Positions 47,101-59,900 of a stretch of 64,000 nucleotides of DNA are shown in pieces. Position numbers and translations under genes: made by a program. Origin of the DNA: Azolla caroliniana (taxonomy: Eukaryota; Plantae; Polypodiophyta); contig JBHGNT010000004.1 in the NCBI GenBank assembly GCA_043228905.1, positions 11,904,001 to 11,968,000 on the forward strand, given 5' to 3'. The notes under the pieces are model-generated. The model was not told where the DNA came from and ran no database searches. It saw only the letters and a list, made by a program, of their open reading frames with translations. Position 1 is the first letter of the stretch. Every line of letters begins with the position of its first letter.

Positions 47101-47451
47101 CCGCACTTCAAGGACATGGTTGCATCCTTGACCACAGCAAGGAATATCCGAACATGTCGGTACACCTCGCTGAGTCAAGCAAAGGTCCGCTAGTGATGAA
47201 CGCATAGAACCCCACAGTCAAGCTACTAATCAAAGGGCGTGAAGTAAGCGGTTGCATAATCAAGGGTGGATCCGGAGTGTTGGCATAAAAGGCAGACTCC
47301 TTCCAATTTGTATCTTAGTGTGAACACGTCCAAATAGTTAGGGCGTAGTATATAAGCAATAACCTAACGTTGTAATAAGAGAAATTTTTTATCATTCTTG
47401 TAGATAAGTCTCTGAGAGAGATAGAACGAATGCAATAACGGAGCTTCCATT

Positions 47452-50400
47452 TGTCATGATATGGCAAGACTTGAACCCATGACCTTAGGTTATATGAGTC
47501 GAGCTCTTGACCATTATATCATCTATTGTAATATGTAAGATATTATTTTCATTTTCATTTTATTATAGGAAATTAATGTATATTCCAGATTTCTCTAGAA
47601 GCTTCAGGATTACTCCTGAAAACACTATAAAAGAGGGCACTAGGCATTATGTTGAACCAAATTGGTTCAACGCCAGTATTAAGCCTTTTAGCCACCATTG
47701 TATATTCTCTTCACATAATACATATCTTTCTTATCATCACTCTCTCCCTCGCTCAATCTCTCTCTTTCTTTCTGTCTTGCTCACTTCTTCCTTCTCTCAA
47801 AAAAGTTCTACACCTCTCATAGTACTAATCCTTCGTTTAGTACTAATTCCTTCTCTGTCTTAGTACTGTTCCTGACAGTTTGAACCAATTTGACTGCCTT
47901 CTGTCTCTCTCATTTCCTACTAATCTCTTATTCCTCTTTTCTTTCATCCCATGGCCACTGTTAGCGCTGAAGAATATCAATTTGTTTTCTCGGAATTTCA
48001 ATGCTTGAAAGAGAAGTTCCATGCTTTGGAACAAGAAAACCAACGGTTGCTGGGGGATCTTCAGCAAATCTCCTTAGAAAAGCAGCAAACGCAACAACAG
48101 CATGGGGAACTTGCGTTACACGTGCAACAACTCGAAGCAACCATCGTAGCGATGCAACAACAAGGGCCCGGAACACAAGGGATTCATAAAGAACCCAAGA
48201 TTGGCCTTCCCACGAAGTTCAATGGAACGTGATCGCAGTTTAGAGGGTTCCTTAACCAGGTACAATTAGTTATTCAAATGCATCCTTCCCGATATCCCAC
48301 CGATGCATCACGAGTGGTTTTAGTAGGCACTTTGTTAAGTGGCTCAGCGTTGGCATGGTTCGCTCCACTATTAGAAAAGGAATCTCCGTTACTCAACAAT
48401 TTTGAAGAGTTTCTAGGTGAGTTTAAAGCATGTTTCGGAGATACTGACAGCATCAGGACCGCAATCAACAAAATTCGGCGATTACGCCAAGGTGACCGTC
48501 CAGCCTCCGCATACGCTGCAGATTTTTGCCTACTTGCCGCCGATATCCCTTGGGATGATCAAGCGTTGATGGAGCAATTCCGTTATGGTTTACGCAACGA
48601 CTTCACGAATTTACTCTTGACCTTCCCCGAAGAGCCAAAGTCCTTAACAGAAGCAATCAGTCGCGCGGTGAGATGTGACAACCACCTCTTTGAGCGACGT
48701 TTGGAACGACATATAATGCGCCTCCAGCGAATACTCCGACTCCGATGGAGATTGACACTACACATCGTCGAGGGCCATTATCCGAAGAAGAAAAGCAATG
48801 ACGCCGTACAAATCGACTAAGCATTAGTTGTTCCATTCCCTCTAAGCAAGTTAGTGATGTGTTCGTAGCCCAAGTAATAGTTAGTACTAAAAGTACCCCT
48901 CCAGTACATGTCCTAGCACTCCTAGATTCCGGAGCTAACTCTTGCTTTATGGATAAGAAATTTGCTCAAGCTCATAAGATATCCCTAAGAAAACTCCAGT
49001 GTCCAGCCTCTGTAGTAGTCATTGATGGACGTCCCATTGCTTCCGGAAATATCATAGAAGAGTCAGAGCCCATTAATATTGTCCTAGATAACTTAGCATG
49101 TGTAGTATCATTTCATATTATTAGTATCCCAGAACATCCCATAGTTTTAGGATTACCGTGGTTCGAGTTACATAACCCAGACATAGATTGGAGAACAAGA
49201 GAAATCCGGTGTCAACAAACCCAAGGGTCAACTCAAAAGATGGGAACCATTTCGCTACGTCAGTTGCGTAGAGAAGGGCGCAAGGAGGAAATGTTCCTCT
49301 TTGCAATATCAGTAAACCCCTCCAACACCACTAAAGAAGAATCCACCGTTCAACTTCCCGAGAAGTATCGTCATTACGCTGATGTGTTCAATAAAGTACA
49401 AGCCAACACACTTCCTCATCATCGACCGTACGATTGACCCATCAATTTACAACCAGGAAAAGAGCCGCCATGGGGACCAATCCACCGTTCACCCAAGCTA
49501 TACTAGCACAAATTGATCCCTCTCGAGAGTCGTGTTCACAGTCGCAACCACCAGGTACGGACTATCGGCAATTCAAATACCATGATGGATTACTCTTCTT
49601 TAAAGAACTTGTGTATGTTCCTAATGGTTCTTGCCGCCTTCGAGTAGTACAAAACTGTCATGACACATATACAGCTGGGCATTTTGGTAGTACTAAAACA
49701 TTAGATTTAGTACAACGATCATTTTGGTGGCCCTGTATGCGATAATTTGTCGAGGATTTTGTTCGGACTTGTGATACATGCTGCAGAGCGAAAATGCCAA
49801 GGCATCATCCATATGGTTTATTAGAACCATTACCAATTCCAAGCAAGCCGTGGCAATCCATTGCTCTAGACTTCATCACAGATCTTCCAGTCTCTAAGGG
49901 GTTCAATGCGATTCTAACGGTGGTCGATCGATATATGAAGATGGCTCATTTCTTGCCATGTACTAAGGAGATCTCCAGTGAAGACACTGCCGAAATTGTC
50001 ATGCGTGAAGTATGTCGGCATCATGGACTTCCCGATAGTATCATCAGCGATCGTGGACTTCCATCCAGTTTTAATATTGGAGATCGGGTGTGGCTGCTAT
50101 GACGACACATCAAGACTACTCGCCCATGTGAGAAGTTGGATTATCGGCGATTAGGTCCTTTCCGTATTATCGGAAGGATTAATGATGTCGCTTTTTGTCT
50201 CGATCTACCTCCTCAACTTCGGATACATCCGGTGTTTCATAGTTCTCTCCTCGAACCCTATCACGAGAGCACCATCCCAGGACATCTTATACAACCTCCA
50301 CCCCCGATCGAGCTTGAAGATGGGCCGGAGTACGAGGTTGCTGCCATCCTTGATTCCAAGATTGTTCGCAACAAGCTCTACTATCTAGTCGATTGGCTAG

Positions 50401-50986
50401 GCTATAGTCCCAGCGAACGTACTTGGGAACCGATCAAGAATGTGACCAATGCTCGTGCTCTTCTTGAAGACTTCCATCGTCAATATCCAGACAAACCGGG
50501 TCCTCAATCCAAGACGACTCGTGACACTCATCGTTTTAAAGGGGGGATAGTGTCATGATATGGCAAGACTCGAACCCATGACCTTAGGTTATATGGGTCG
50601 AGCTCTTGACCATTATATCATCTATTGTAATATGTAGGATATTTTTTTCATTTTCATTTTATTATAGGAAATTAATGTATATTCCAGATTTCTCTGGAAC
50701 ATTCTAGAAGCTTCAGGATTACTCCTGAAAACACTATAAAAGAGGGCACTAGGCATTATGTTGAACCAAATTGGTTCAACGCCAGTCTTAAGCCTTTTAG
50801 CCACCATTCTATATTCTCTTCACATAATACATATCTTTCTTATCATCACTCTCTCCCTCACTCGATCTCTCTCTTTCTCTCTGTCTCGCTCACTTCTTCC
50901 TTCTCTCAAAGAAGTTCTACACCTCTCATAGTACTAATCCTTCATTGAGTACTAATTCCTTCTCTGTCTTAGTACTGTTCTTGACA
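47452..50986 (+). mobile_element. Non-autonomous Tcn1/Tf1-sushi-like chromovirus: LTRs 47452-47877 and 50551-50986, gag, PR, partial IN, chromodomain; RT/RH deleted
   Basis: TSD CCATT (47447-47451 / 50987-50991); PPT AAAGGGGGGATAG 50538-50550; PEG10/sushi-like gag (GTLLSGSALAWF), LLDSGA, EYEVAAILDS..YLVDWLGY...TWEP. Confidence 0.93.
47880..47892 (+). promoter_or_regulatory. Self-priming PBS (TTGAACCAATTTG) complementary to LTR 47658-47670
   Basis: Exact 13-nt reverse complement of CAAATTGGTTCAA, which lies 32 nt after TATAAAA (47626); no TGG tRNA-type PBS is present. Confidence 0.8.
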
Positions 50987-51497
50987 CCATTAAAGCTTAA
51001 ACCACGTCTATCCTCCGTTGTATCTTCTTGCCTCCACTCTGTGTGTAGTTTGTTGAACACATACGACAAGTCCTCACACATACATTTCCGCGCATATTCA
51101 ACAACAATAACGGGTATCAGAGTGACTTGCTATTCGACATCAACAAACAACAGAAAAGCTAAAAGGAAAAAGACTAGGTCAAAAAATTCTCACTTTCGAA
51201 GAAGAACATGGCTTCAACATTTTTGCTAGAGTCTAAAATAAAGTATTGTGTGTGATACTGATAATGGGATCTGATAGGATTGATGTTGATGCACAAAAAA
51301 ACATAGTTGTTTAAGCTGAACTCTTGGATATCCAGATTCACAAAAAATATGATTTTTTATTATTCATTGTAGACATGTCTGAAACAGGAGTTGAAATCAA
51401 AAAATTCGATTGCAAAAACTTTGCCCTATGGAAGGAGATGATGTAGGATGTGCTAATCATCAGAAGACAAGTCGAAACCATTCGACACAGTGAAAAA

Positions 51498-52410
51498 CCT
51501 GCCTCAATGACAGTTGAAGAATGGAGATCTATGGACGAAATTGCTCACTCCACCATTCGAATGCACCTGGCCTAAAACGTTTACTTCAGTATGGCAAAAG
51601 AGACGACAGCATTCTCGTTGTGGGAGAAGCTACAAGCCATGTACGAGAAAAAGTCCTCATCTTCAAAACTGATTTTGATCAAACAACTGTTCAACATGAA
51701 GATGAAAGAGACCGATCCAGCTATCTCCCACATTAACACCTTCAGTCGGGTGTTGTCAGAACTCTCCTCACAAGGGATCAACTTCGAAGAAGAAGTGAAA
51801 TCCTGCCTCAATGACAGTTGAAGAATGGAGATCTATGGACGAAATCGCTCACTCCATCATTCGAATGCACCTGGCCTAAAACGTTTACTTCAGTATGGCA
51901 AAAGAGACGACAGCATTCTCGTTGTGGGAGAAGCTACAAGCCATGTACGAGAAAAAGTCCTCATCTTCAAAACTGATTTTGATCAAACAACTGTTCAACA
52001 TGAAGATGAGAGAGACCGATCCAGCTATCTCCCACATTAACACCTTCAGTCGGGTGTTGTCAGAACTCTCCTCACAAGGGATCAACTTCGAAGAAGAAGT
52101 GAAATCCTGCCTCAATGACAGTTGAAGAATGGAGACCTATGGACGAAATCGCTCACTCCACCATTCGAATGCACCTGGCCGAAAACGTTTACTTCAGTAT
52201 GGCAAAAGAGATGACAGCATTCTCGTTGTGGGAGAAGCTACAAGCCATGTACGAGAAAAAGTCCTCATCTTCAAAACTGATTTTGATCAAACAACTGTTC
52301 AACATGAAGATGAGAGAGACTGATCCAGCTATCTCCCACATTAACACCTTCAGTCGGGTGTTGTCAGAACTCTCCTCACAAGGGATCAACTTCGAAGAAG
52401 AAGTGAAATC
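51498..52410 (+). repeat. Three tandem copies of a 304-bp gag segment
   Basis: CCTGCCTCAATGACAGTTGAAGAATGG at 51498, 51802 and 52106. Confidence 0.95.
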
Positions 52411-54173
52411 CCTTGCCCTCCTATCGAGCTTGACGATAAGTTGGGAGGTATTCTGGCCAACCTACCCCAATAGCCGACCGATCCAAAATCTAGATGAGAC
52501 AATCGGCCAAGTCCTCATCGAGGACATTCGGCGAAAATCGATGGGACTCACCATCGATGAGTCGGCAGAAGCCCACCACTCGATCGAGCCGATCAATAGA
52601 TTTAGTTGATTGAAAGAGCAAGCCAACAGAACCAGTCGGAACACCCACCAATCAAAGATGAGGGGAGACCGACAACGGTCGAAGTTGAGAACGGGCCGAT
52701 CAGGTGAATTTTGCACACTGCAGAAAATCTGGCCACAATGTTTATGACTGTTGGTCGATCAAGAGGAAAGAGAGTGTTCGGCAATCCAAGTGAAATCGAG
52801 GACAACCTGAATTGGACCACTCTCTGGTTGGCAATCAAAGCAACATTGTTGACACCCAATTTGGAGAAATTCTCTCCTTAGAGGATTCAATGATCGGAGA
52901 AGTCCTCTACAATGCACAAGATGCACACACGTGGCTACTAGATTCCGGTGCCACATTTCACGTGACCCCAAACATTGAGTGGTTTTCAAACTATTCAGTC
53001 GGCGCCAGCGGTACAATCCGACTAGGCAATGGGCAGGAGTGCAGAATAGCAGGAGTTGGCAAAGTACCAATTCAACAGCCAATGACAACACAATAATCCT
53101 ACCTCAAGTCCGACATGTACCCGATCTGAAACGGAGTCTGGTCTCCATCGGCATGCTAGCCGAAGACGGGTATCGAACGACTCTAAGTGAGTCGGCATGG
53201 ATGATCAGCTGAGGAAACCTGAAGATAGGAGGCGGGCACAAGTACAATAACTTGTACCTATTAATGGTGATCAATCCAGAAGGTGTCGTGAACGTAGCCG
53301 AAAAGACCGACCCAAACCTATGGCATGGCCGACTTGGTCATTTGTCTCAAGCCGGACTCGATTGGCTGATGGCGATCAGCTTCATTCCGAAACTCCAAGC
53401 AAAGACAGACTTCTGCGACCATTGTCGATACGGGAAACAGATCTGAAGTCCGCACTCTCTCCACTACTCGACGATACGACAACCCCTAGAACTCGTACAC
53501 ACAAATATATGTGGGCCCATGCCAAAGCGATCACTAGGAGGCTCCCGGTACTTAATCATTTTTTGTAGATGACTATACACGAAAGGTCTGGGCCTACTCC
53601 ATTAGGTTCAAAGACAAAGCGCTCGAGGCCTTCTCTTGGTGGATAACTGAAGTGGAGAACCGGTCAGGATACAAAGTGAAAACACTCCAATCCGACAGTG
53701 GAGGAGAATACAACTCCCGAGCCATCAAACAGTACCTATCCGACAAAGGGATCCGGCGTCAAAAGTCTGTTCCATACACACCCATGCAAAATAGAGTGGC
53801 AGAACGGATCAACCAAACGATCCAGGAGAGGGTGACGGCAATGCTCCAACAAGTTGGACTGAAGCTGGAGTTCTGGGCCGAAGCATTGCAAGCGGCAGTA
53901 TATCTTATCAATATGTCACCGTCAAAAGCAATCAGGCTTGAAGTGCCATAGGCATTATGGTCAGGCAAACAATTGACCTATGATAGGCTCTGTATATTCG
54001 GATGTGAAGTCTACACGTTCATACCCAGGGAGAAAAGGACCAAGCTGACACCCCATCCAACAAAGTGCATATTTTTCAGATATGGAACCGATTGGGAATT
54101 CGGCTATAGTCTATGGGACCCAGAGAACCGGAAATTGATCCAGAGCAACGACGTAGTCTTCAATGAAGACTCT

Positions 54174-56181
54174 GTCAGTCGGTGTTGTTTTCCCATCTGG
54201 CAGGCTTCACAAACTTGACCATTCCAGCCTCGAAATTTCGGCAAGCCGAACACAATGATCTTCGTCTGCATTTCACGAAGCCGCAGGAAGTTAATATGGC
54301 CGAACCGCTTATGCCACTGGTCGATGTTCGATTCGACCTTTTGCCCTTTCACAAACATAGCGGTGCCCACATTGTTGGTTTCGAGAATAAACATCCTCCC
54401 TTCACGGTGCCCTTGCGCGATTACTTTGCCCTCCTCTTCTATGAAGCACCCTAGATGCATGAATCGAACCTGCATCCCTTGGTCGACGATCTGACCGACC
54501 GACACCAGGTTCTTCATTATTGTCGGGATGTGTAGCACGTTCAAGAGTTTCCCTTTCTGCCCAACATGGCTGAGAGGAACTTCACCGACATGTTCGATGG
54601 TATGCGGGGTGTCATCTCCCGTTTCGACTACCCCTTGCTTTTCCGGCTTCTCCAAGTACGAGAACCATTCCTCGTGACTCGTCATATGATTTGACGCTCT
54701 GGAATCAACATACCATACCTCGCTTGATTTCGAGGTGTTCACGACCATTGAATTGGCCTTGTGCTTCATTACGAAGGTAGGGCCCGATCCATTTCCAGCT
54801 CGTTCGGAGTCCTCAACATAGTGCAACTTTTGACACCTTCCTACGTCTCTTTTTCCATCACTCGCTCTCCTTGTGGCCTTTCTTGCCACAATACCAGCAT
54901 TCTGGCACGGCCTTCTCTTGCCAGCTTTCGGCGCCGCCATGACTCCCTCGGCTTCCGGAGGGTTCAGAATTGTTTCCAACATTTCGATTATGCCATCCAT
55001 TCTGCTCTTTTCGGTCGCCTCCATTATGCATCGATCCACCTCGTCCACCACGACCACGGGGCCTATCTCCCTCCGTGTATAGCATCTTGCCGTCGGTGTG
55101 CATACTCGTCGACACACCCGCGTGATTTTCCTCCACAAGCAACATTGACTAAAACTCGAAGAACGAAGGCGTATTCTCCCTCGTACGTTCAGAACGCTCC
55201 GAACTTTGATGGTAACCCACCGAGACAAACCTGCACCATTTCATCTTCCTCGACATTCATGTTGACGAAGGCGAGAGAATCGCAAATTTCTTTGATCTTG
55301 GAGGTGTAATCAGCCACCGACATATCTCGTTGTTGAACAATGCTCAACTCCTGCCTAAGTTGAAGCTTCCTGGCTGTGGTGCTAGCAGTGAAAATCTTCT
55401 TGAGATTCGCCCACGCGTCCTTTGGCGTCTTAGCATCCCGAATATAGCTCAATAGTTGGTCGCTCACACAGGACGCAAAGTAGTAGAGAACTCTGCTTGC
55501 TGCCTATTCCCAAGCCGAAAAATCCCTGTGTGTCGATTCGGGTGTTGTATCATTATCTCCTTCGATATAACTCCAGTAGCCATGACCAAGCAAGTACCGG
55601 TGCATCTTGTACGACCAAGATGCGTAGTTGCTCCTGTCGAGCTTCTCAGTCGGTAGCGAGCTTCCCATTCCTCTGTCCATGTTGTTGTCTTATCTTTTCC
55701 AAAACCAAGAATAACAACTCAACTATGTCTCTGTCGCAAGCTTTTCTGTCAGTTGTAGAGGACTTCAACCCTCACGCTCAGATACCATATAAAAGAATAT
55801 ATGTGCGGAAGCGTATGCGAAACACAGAGTACACAGTTCGGAAAATGATAGTTCGGTAAAACATAGGAAACGCAGAGATGGAGAGGGAGAGACAGAGACA
55901 GAGACAGAGCAGACAACTCAGTTCTATTTCAAAATAATAACACTCTGTACATATTTCGTGCTCAGTGAGCACTTCGTATACACGCCCTTAAATCGGGTTG
56001 ACACAAGTACTAACAGTACTTGACTGCTCATAAATGAGCGTACTACACTTACTCCCAAAACTATTCCTTACGAGGAATATCATTCTTACGGCCTCTCGGT
56101 GTTCGCACCGTTACGACCATGTTGTGCGTAATTGTTTTATGCACCCGATTACACACCGAATGTTGAGCTAGTCTCTCAAGA
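54174..56181 (-). mobile_element. Ty1/copia 5' half (LTR ~55790-56181, PBS 55776-55787, gag, PR, GAG-pre-integrase), related to the 4909-7229 family
   Basis: TGGTATCTGAGC; CWYCGKKGHKESE knuckle; WYVDSRASNHMT; WHKRFGH; LTR start resembles the 6795 LTR. Confidence 0.85.
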
Positions 56182-56980
56182 ATACGCCCAAGTCAAGCAG
56201 GAACTTTGGAGTATTATGTCTGCAGTAAAGATGGACAAGGACTACCTGATCGAGTCGGAATTGATAATTGAGACAGATTGTCTCCCAATCCTCAGGATAA
56301 TCTCAGGATGTGCGACACCAGATCTAGCTATGCTAAGGTGGACAGAAGAACGCCATGGCTGACATGCTGTCGAGGGCAAGATTTGAGAATGAAAGTGACA
56401 TGGTTTCGGAATATGAAGACGTCACCCTCGACTTCTTCAAGATGGCCCGACTATCGGTGGAAGACAAGGACATGCTAACCCTCCACGCCTTCAACGAGGA
56501 CGAGTACGAAGGAGAGTGGTTACTGATCGGCTAATTCTTAAGAACAATGATGGTGGATGCTTCGTTGACAAAGGAGGAGGCTTACCAATACTTCCTGAAG
56601 GGAGAATTCCTCTGGCGACACCCAAAAAGAAGGACAAGAATGCCACGTCGAGTGGTGGTGAAGAAAGAAGAGCAAGTGACACTGATGACTGAATTCCACA
56701 AGAGTCCTTGGGCAGGGCATAGAGGAACGTGGGCGACGTTCGAAAAGTTGAAGGAGAAGTACTGGTGGCCAAGCATGTACAAAGATGTACTCCATTTCGT
56801 GTCCACATGCGAAACTTTCCAAGTACATTCAAACATACGTCATCCTAATGAGTTGCGGCCGACATACCCGCTCACCATACACTTCAAATGGATGGTGGAT
56901 TTGGTCTCGATGCCAATGGGAGTGGGTCAAATGAAGTACTTAGTTCTGGCAAGAGAAGACTTGACAAATCAAGTGGAAGG
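56182..56980 (+). pseudogene. Ty3/gypsy RNase H-integrase fragment (host of the flanking insertions)
   Basis: IETDCLP, ADMLSRA, HKSPWAGHRG..YWWP..CETFQ, WMVDLV. Confidence 0.8.
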
Positions 56981-59900
56981 TGTGGACCGGTTAAGGGCCA
57001 AAGGATAAGTGGGAAAAGGGCAAGTCGGAGATATATATATATTTAGAAATAAATAGAATTAGTATTCGGAGGGACGGATCCGGTATAGTTGCACCGATCC
57101 AGATCCGAACCGATTCGTAGCCGGTTGCCTATACGGCACCGTTTTGTAATGACACCGGATTCCTATAAAAGGATTCAACCCGATGTAATGTTTACGGAAG
57201 TAATAGAAGATTACATATATCAATTAATTAATGCTTGTGTCTTGTATACTTGCCGCCGCCGGTTAATATTAAGATCTTACGCGTGTTAATTACGGAAGCA
57301 TCCTAACCTTACCACCCTTTGGAGAAGTGTTCCCGAAGAGGACACCTTGTGTTATGCCTAGTCCGGCCAAGGATCAACACTATTTTGGCGACCACGATTC
57401 CTGAAGTGAGCAGAGAACACCGGGGGATGGATGTCTCGACCGACTAACGACTGAGTCACTGAACAAGGAAGAAGACTAGCTGAAAGACAGCAAAGGCGGG
57501 AAGCCTTCTAGCAAACGGCCGAGGAGATCCGACAGGATCGGTCTTTTCCTAGAATGCTTTGGAGGGTCGCGGAAGAAGCACTTCGGTTCCAAAAACAACA
57601 ACTTTCCGACAAGGGCCGTAGCCTAATGAGTTTGCAAGATGTAGAATCGAGACTGCGGACGCTTGCCGAAGGCAACGGAGACTCGGAGGCATTCTCGGCC
57701 TTAGAATCGGAATCGGATAGTGATCAGAGCGTTCAGTCGAATTACAAAAGCAGCCACGATATGCCACGATACTCCGGACGATCCGGAGGACGACGAATCG
57801 GACAGCTCATCGACACCAGAACCAATGGAGGAATTACCCTTGGTACCCGAAGAGCGGAAATCTCCAAACAAGACCAAATGCACACCAACACCACCCACGG
57901 AGAAAGCAGAAAACCGTGCACCAACACCACCCACGGAGAAAGTGGAAAACCGCGCACCAACACCACCCGCAAAGCAAGAACTAGGCCACACATCTCCGGT
58001 ACAACCTTCCGAAGAATACACCATGCCGTACCCGTATCCGAAGTACCGTGATGACCCTGACGCGGAGGCGCCCGTCTATGCGTTCCTACAAACATGGGAA
58101 GTTAATCATGTGTCCCAAAGGCTGACCGAACCGGAACCCGAATGGTCAAAAATTGTCGAATTCAACATGACATTAGAGGGACCGGTAGCCCGTTGGCACG
58201 TAAAGCACCTACCCGGAAGCTTTGCCACATTTGAGGCCTTGAAAGCAAAATTCCTCCGACTATTCCATAGGCAAGTGGAACAACGTGAACTAGTCAGTCA
58301 GTTTTACACAACCCACCAAGAGGAGCAGGAGACAGTGCCCCAATTTATCATCCGATTTCAAACACTACACAGCCAGTTGACAAGGGCACCTCTAGAGGAG
58401 GAGACAAAAGCGGTGTTTCTGGCCGCTCTACGGGAACCCCTCTGAACGATGTGTGCGGTACTAGATTTCCAGGCCAGCACAATGGATCAAGTCATTGATC
58501 GGCTGCTGGAAATGGATAAACATAGCTCCTTGATGATGATGGGAGCCTTGCATAGGGCCCTTCCAAATAAGGAGGATCTCAGGTTTCGCCAAGCATTGCA
58601 ATGCACAACGGTGTCTAAACTCGGGCCATTCGACGGTAGACTGCACAATCAGGACGCATTGTATAATATGCCACTCACGGGCACACACTACAACCTGCTC
58701 AACCAACAAGCGGCACCGGTGCGGAACATTGAACCACGTAGCAGTAACAAACCGGACGACGAAAGGTTCCGGACAGAGGACCAATACCGACCAGAACGTG
58801 GGGATCGGTACAATGATAGAAGACGCAACGACTATGAGCACTATCGCGACGACCGACGCAAGGAAGGCTACAACCGAGATCAGTATGAACGGGACTACTC
58901 CCCAGATTACGACCGGAGAAGGGACGATAGACGCTATCCAGAACAACAAGGAAACCGGAATTTCCGATGCAACCAAAAACGAGGGTATTTTCACAGGGAA
59001 GAGCGCCGAGAAGCAGCCAGAGAGTACAATCCAGGTAGCACAAACACCGTTGTGACACCACCGAAGCAACGACAAATAGAGGACAACTGCCGGATAACCT
59101 CCAATGCACAGAACGGGAACATGGACAAGAGGGAGTCAAGCAGCAACCGAAAGGCATATTGCTATTATTGCTGGAAGGATGGGCATTATAGCAACCAATG
59201 TCCGGTCAAGGCTGACGAAAAACAACTGGCAGTAAACATGGTCACCGATGATGTTACTGACGTCCAGCAAGTCACTACCCGTTCCAAAGGAAAAGCGGCC
59301 GAGTGGGAAACTCAGGAGCATATCCCGAAGCAAGCCACCGAATGGATCAAGAAAGCCAATGAACGTAATGTGGCAAAGATACAGGAACAAAACTTACAAC
59401 CGGAGGAGCCCGTAAAGAGTACCGACAAGGACCCAACTTGGCAGGCATTACAAGAATGCCATATCATGTTACCATTGGGGCCCCTGCTACAATTAGTCTC
59501 CCGGTTCACTGAAGGGCTCAAAACAACGTTCACCGCACCAAATCTAGAACCGACACCGGCATTCTTCTCCAATCCGGAGGAAGGACCAACAGTGGTGGAC
59601 ACAAGCAACCCGTCCATCACATTGATTGTTAAAGGCAGAGAGATCACCAGAACCATTATTGACGATGGTGTAGGGGTGAACATAATCAACAAGGGGACAT
59701 GTGACACCTTGGGAATCCGAGATTGGGAACCGTGTCCATTTTGGCTAAGAATGGCGGATACAAGTTCGGTTCGACCAACCGGACTCATCCGGGACTTGGA
59801 CATCACAATCGGAGGATATGCATTCCGAATATCGGTAGTAGTATTACAGCTTAATGTGCAAGGGGCCTATCCCCTATTGCTAGGAAGACCATGGCTGCAA

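Larger units (their letters stand above)
22925..47277 (+). mobile_element. Ty3/gypsy non-chromovirus element: 5' LTR 22925-~23470, decayed Arg-type PBS (TGGCATGCCA, 23476-23485), gag split into 23527-24056 and 46043-47277 by a nested copia
   Basis: Gag reads ...QFYAISQAPHETI | LQFTIRFQNLYHQL across the insertion and is homologous to gag at 32150-32869 and 57720-58445; ends at the protease motif IIKGGSG where another copia inserted. Confidence 0.85.
47278..54173 (+). mobile_element. Ty1/copia (family of 24057-46037): split 5' LTR 47278-47451 + 50992-~51106, PBS ~51112-51123, gag, PR, IN; 3' part lost
   Basis: Start TGTTGGCATAAAAGGC matches the reverse complement of the 46037 end; GGTATCAGAG; WLLDSGATFH; integrase fragments 53252-54173. 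Confidence 0.88.

Noticed and set aside
54104-55228. 374-aa ORF as an intact gene
   Set aside because: Frameshifted copia gag/PR/GAG-pre-integrase joined at a deletion junction to antisense integrase sequence.
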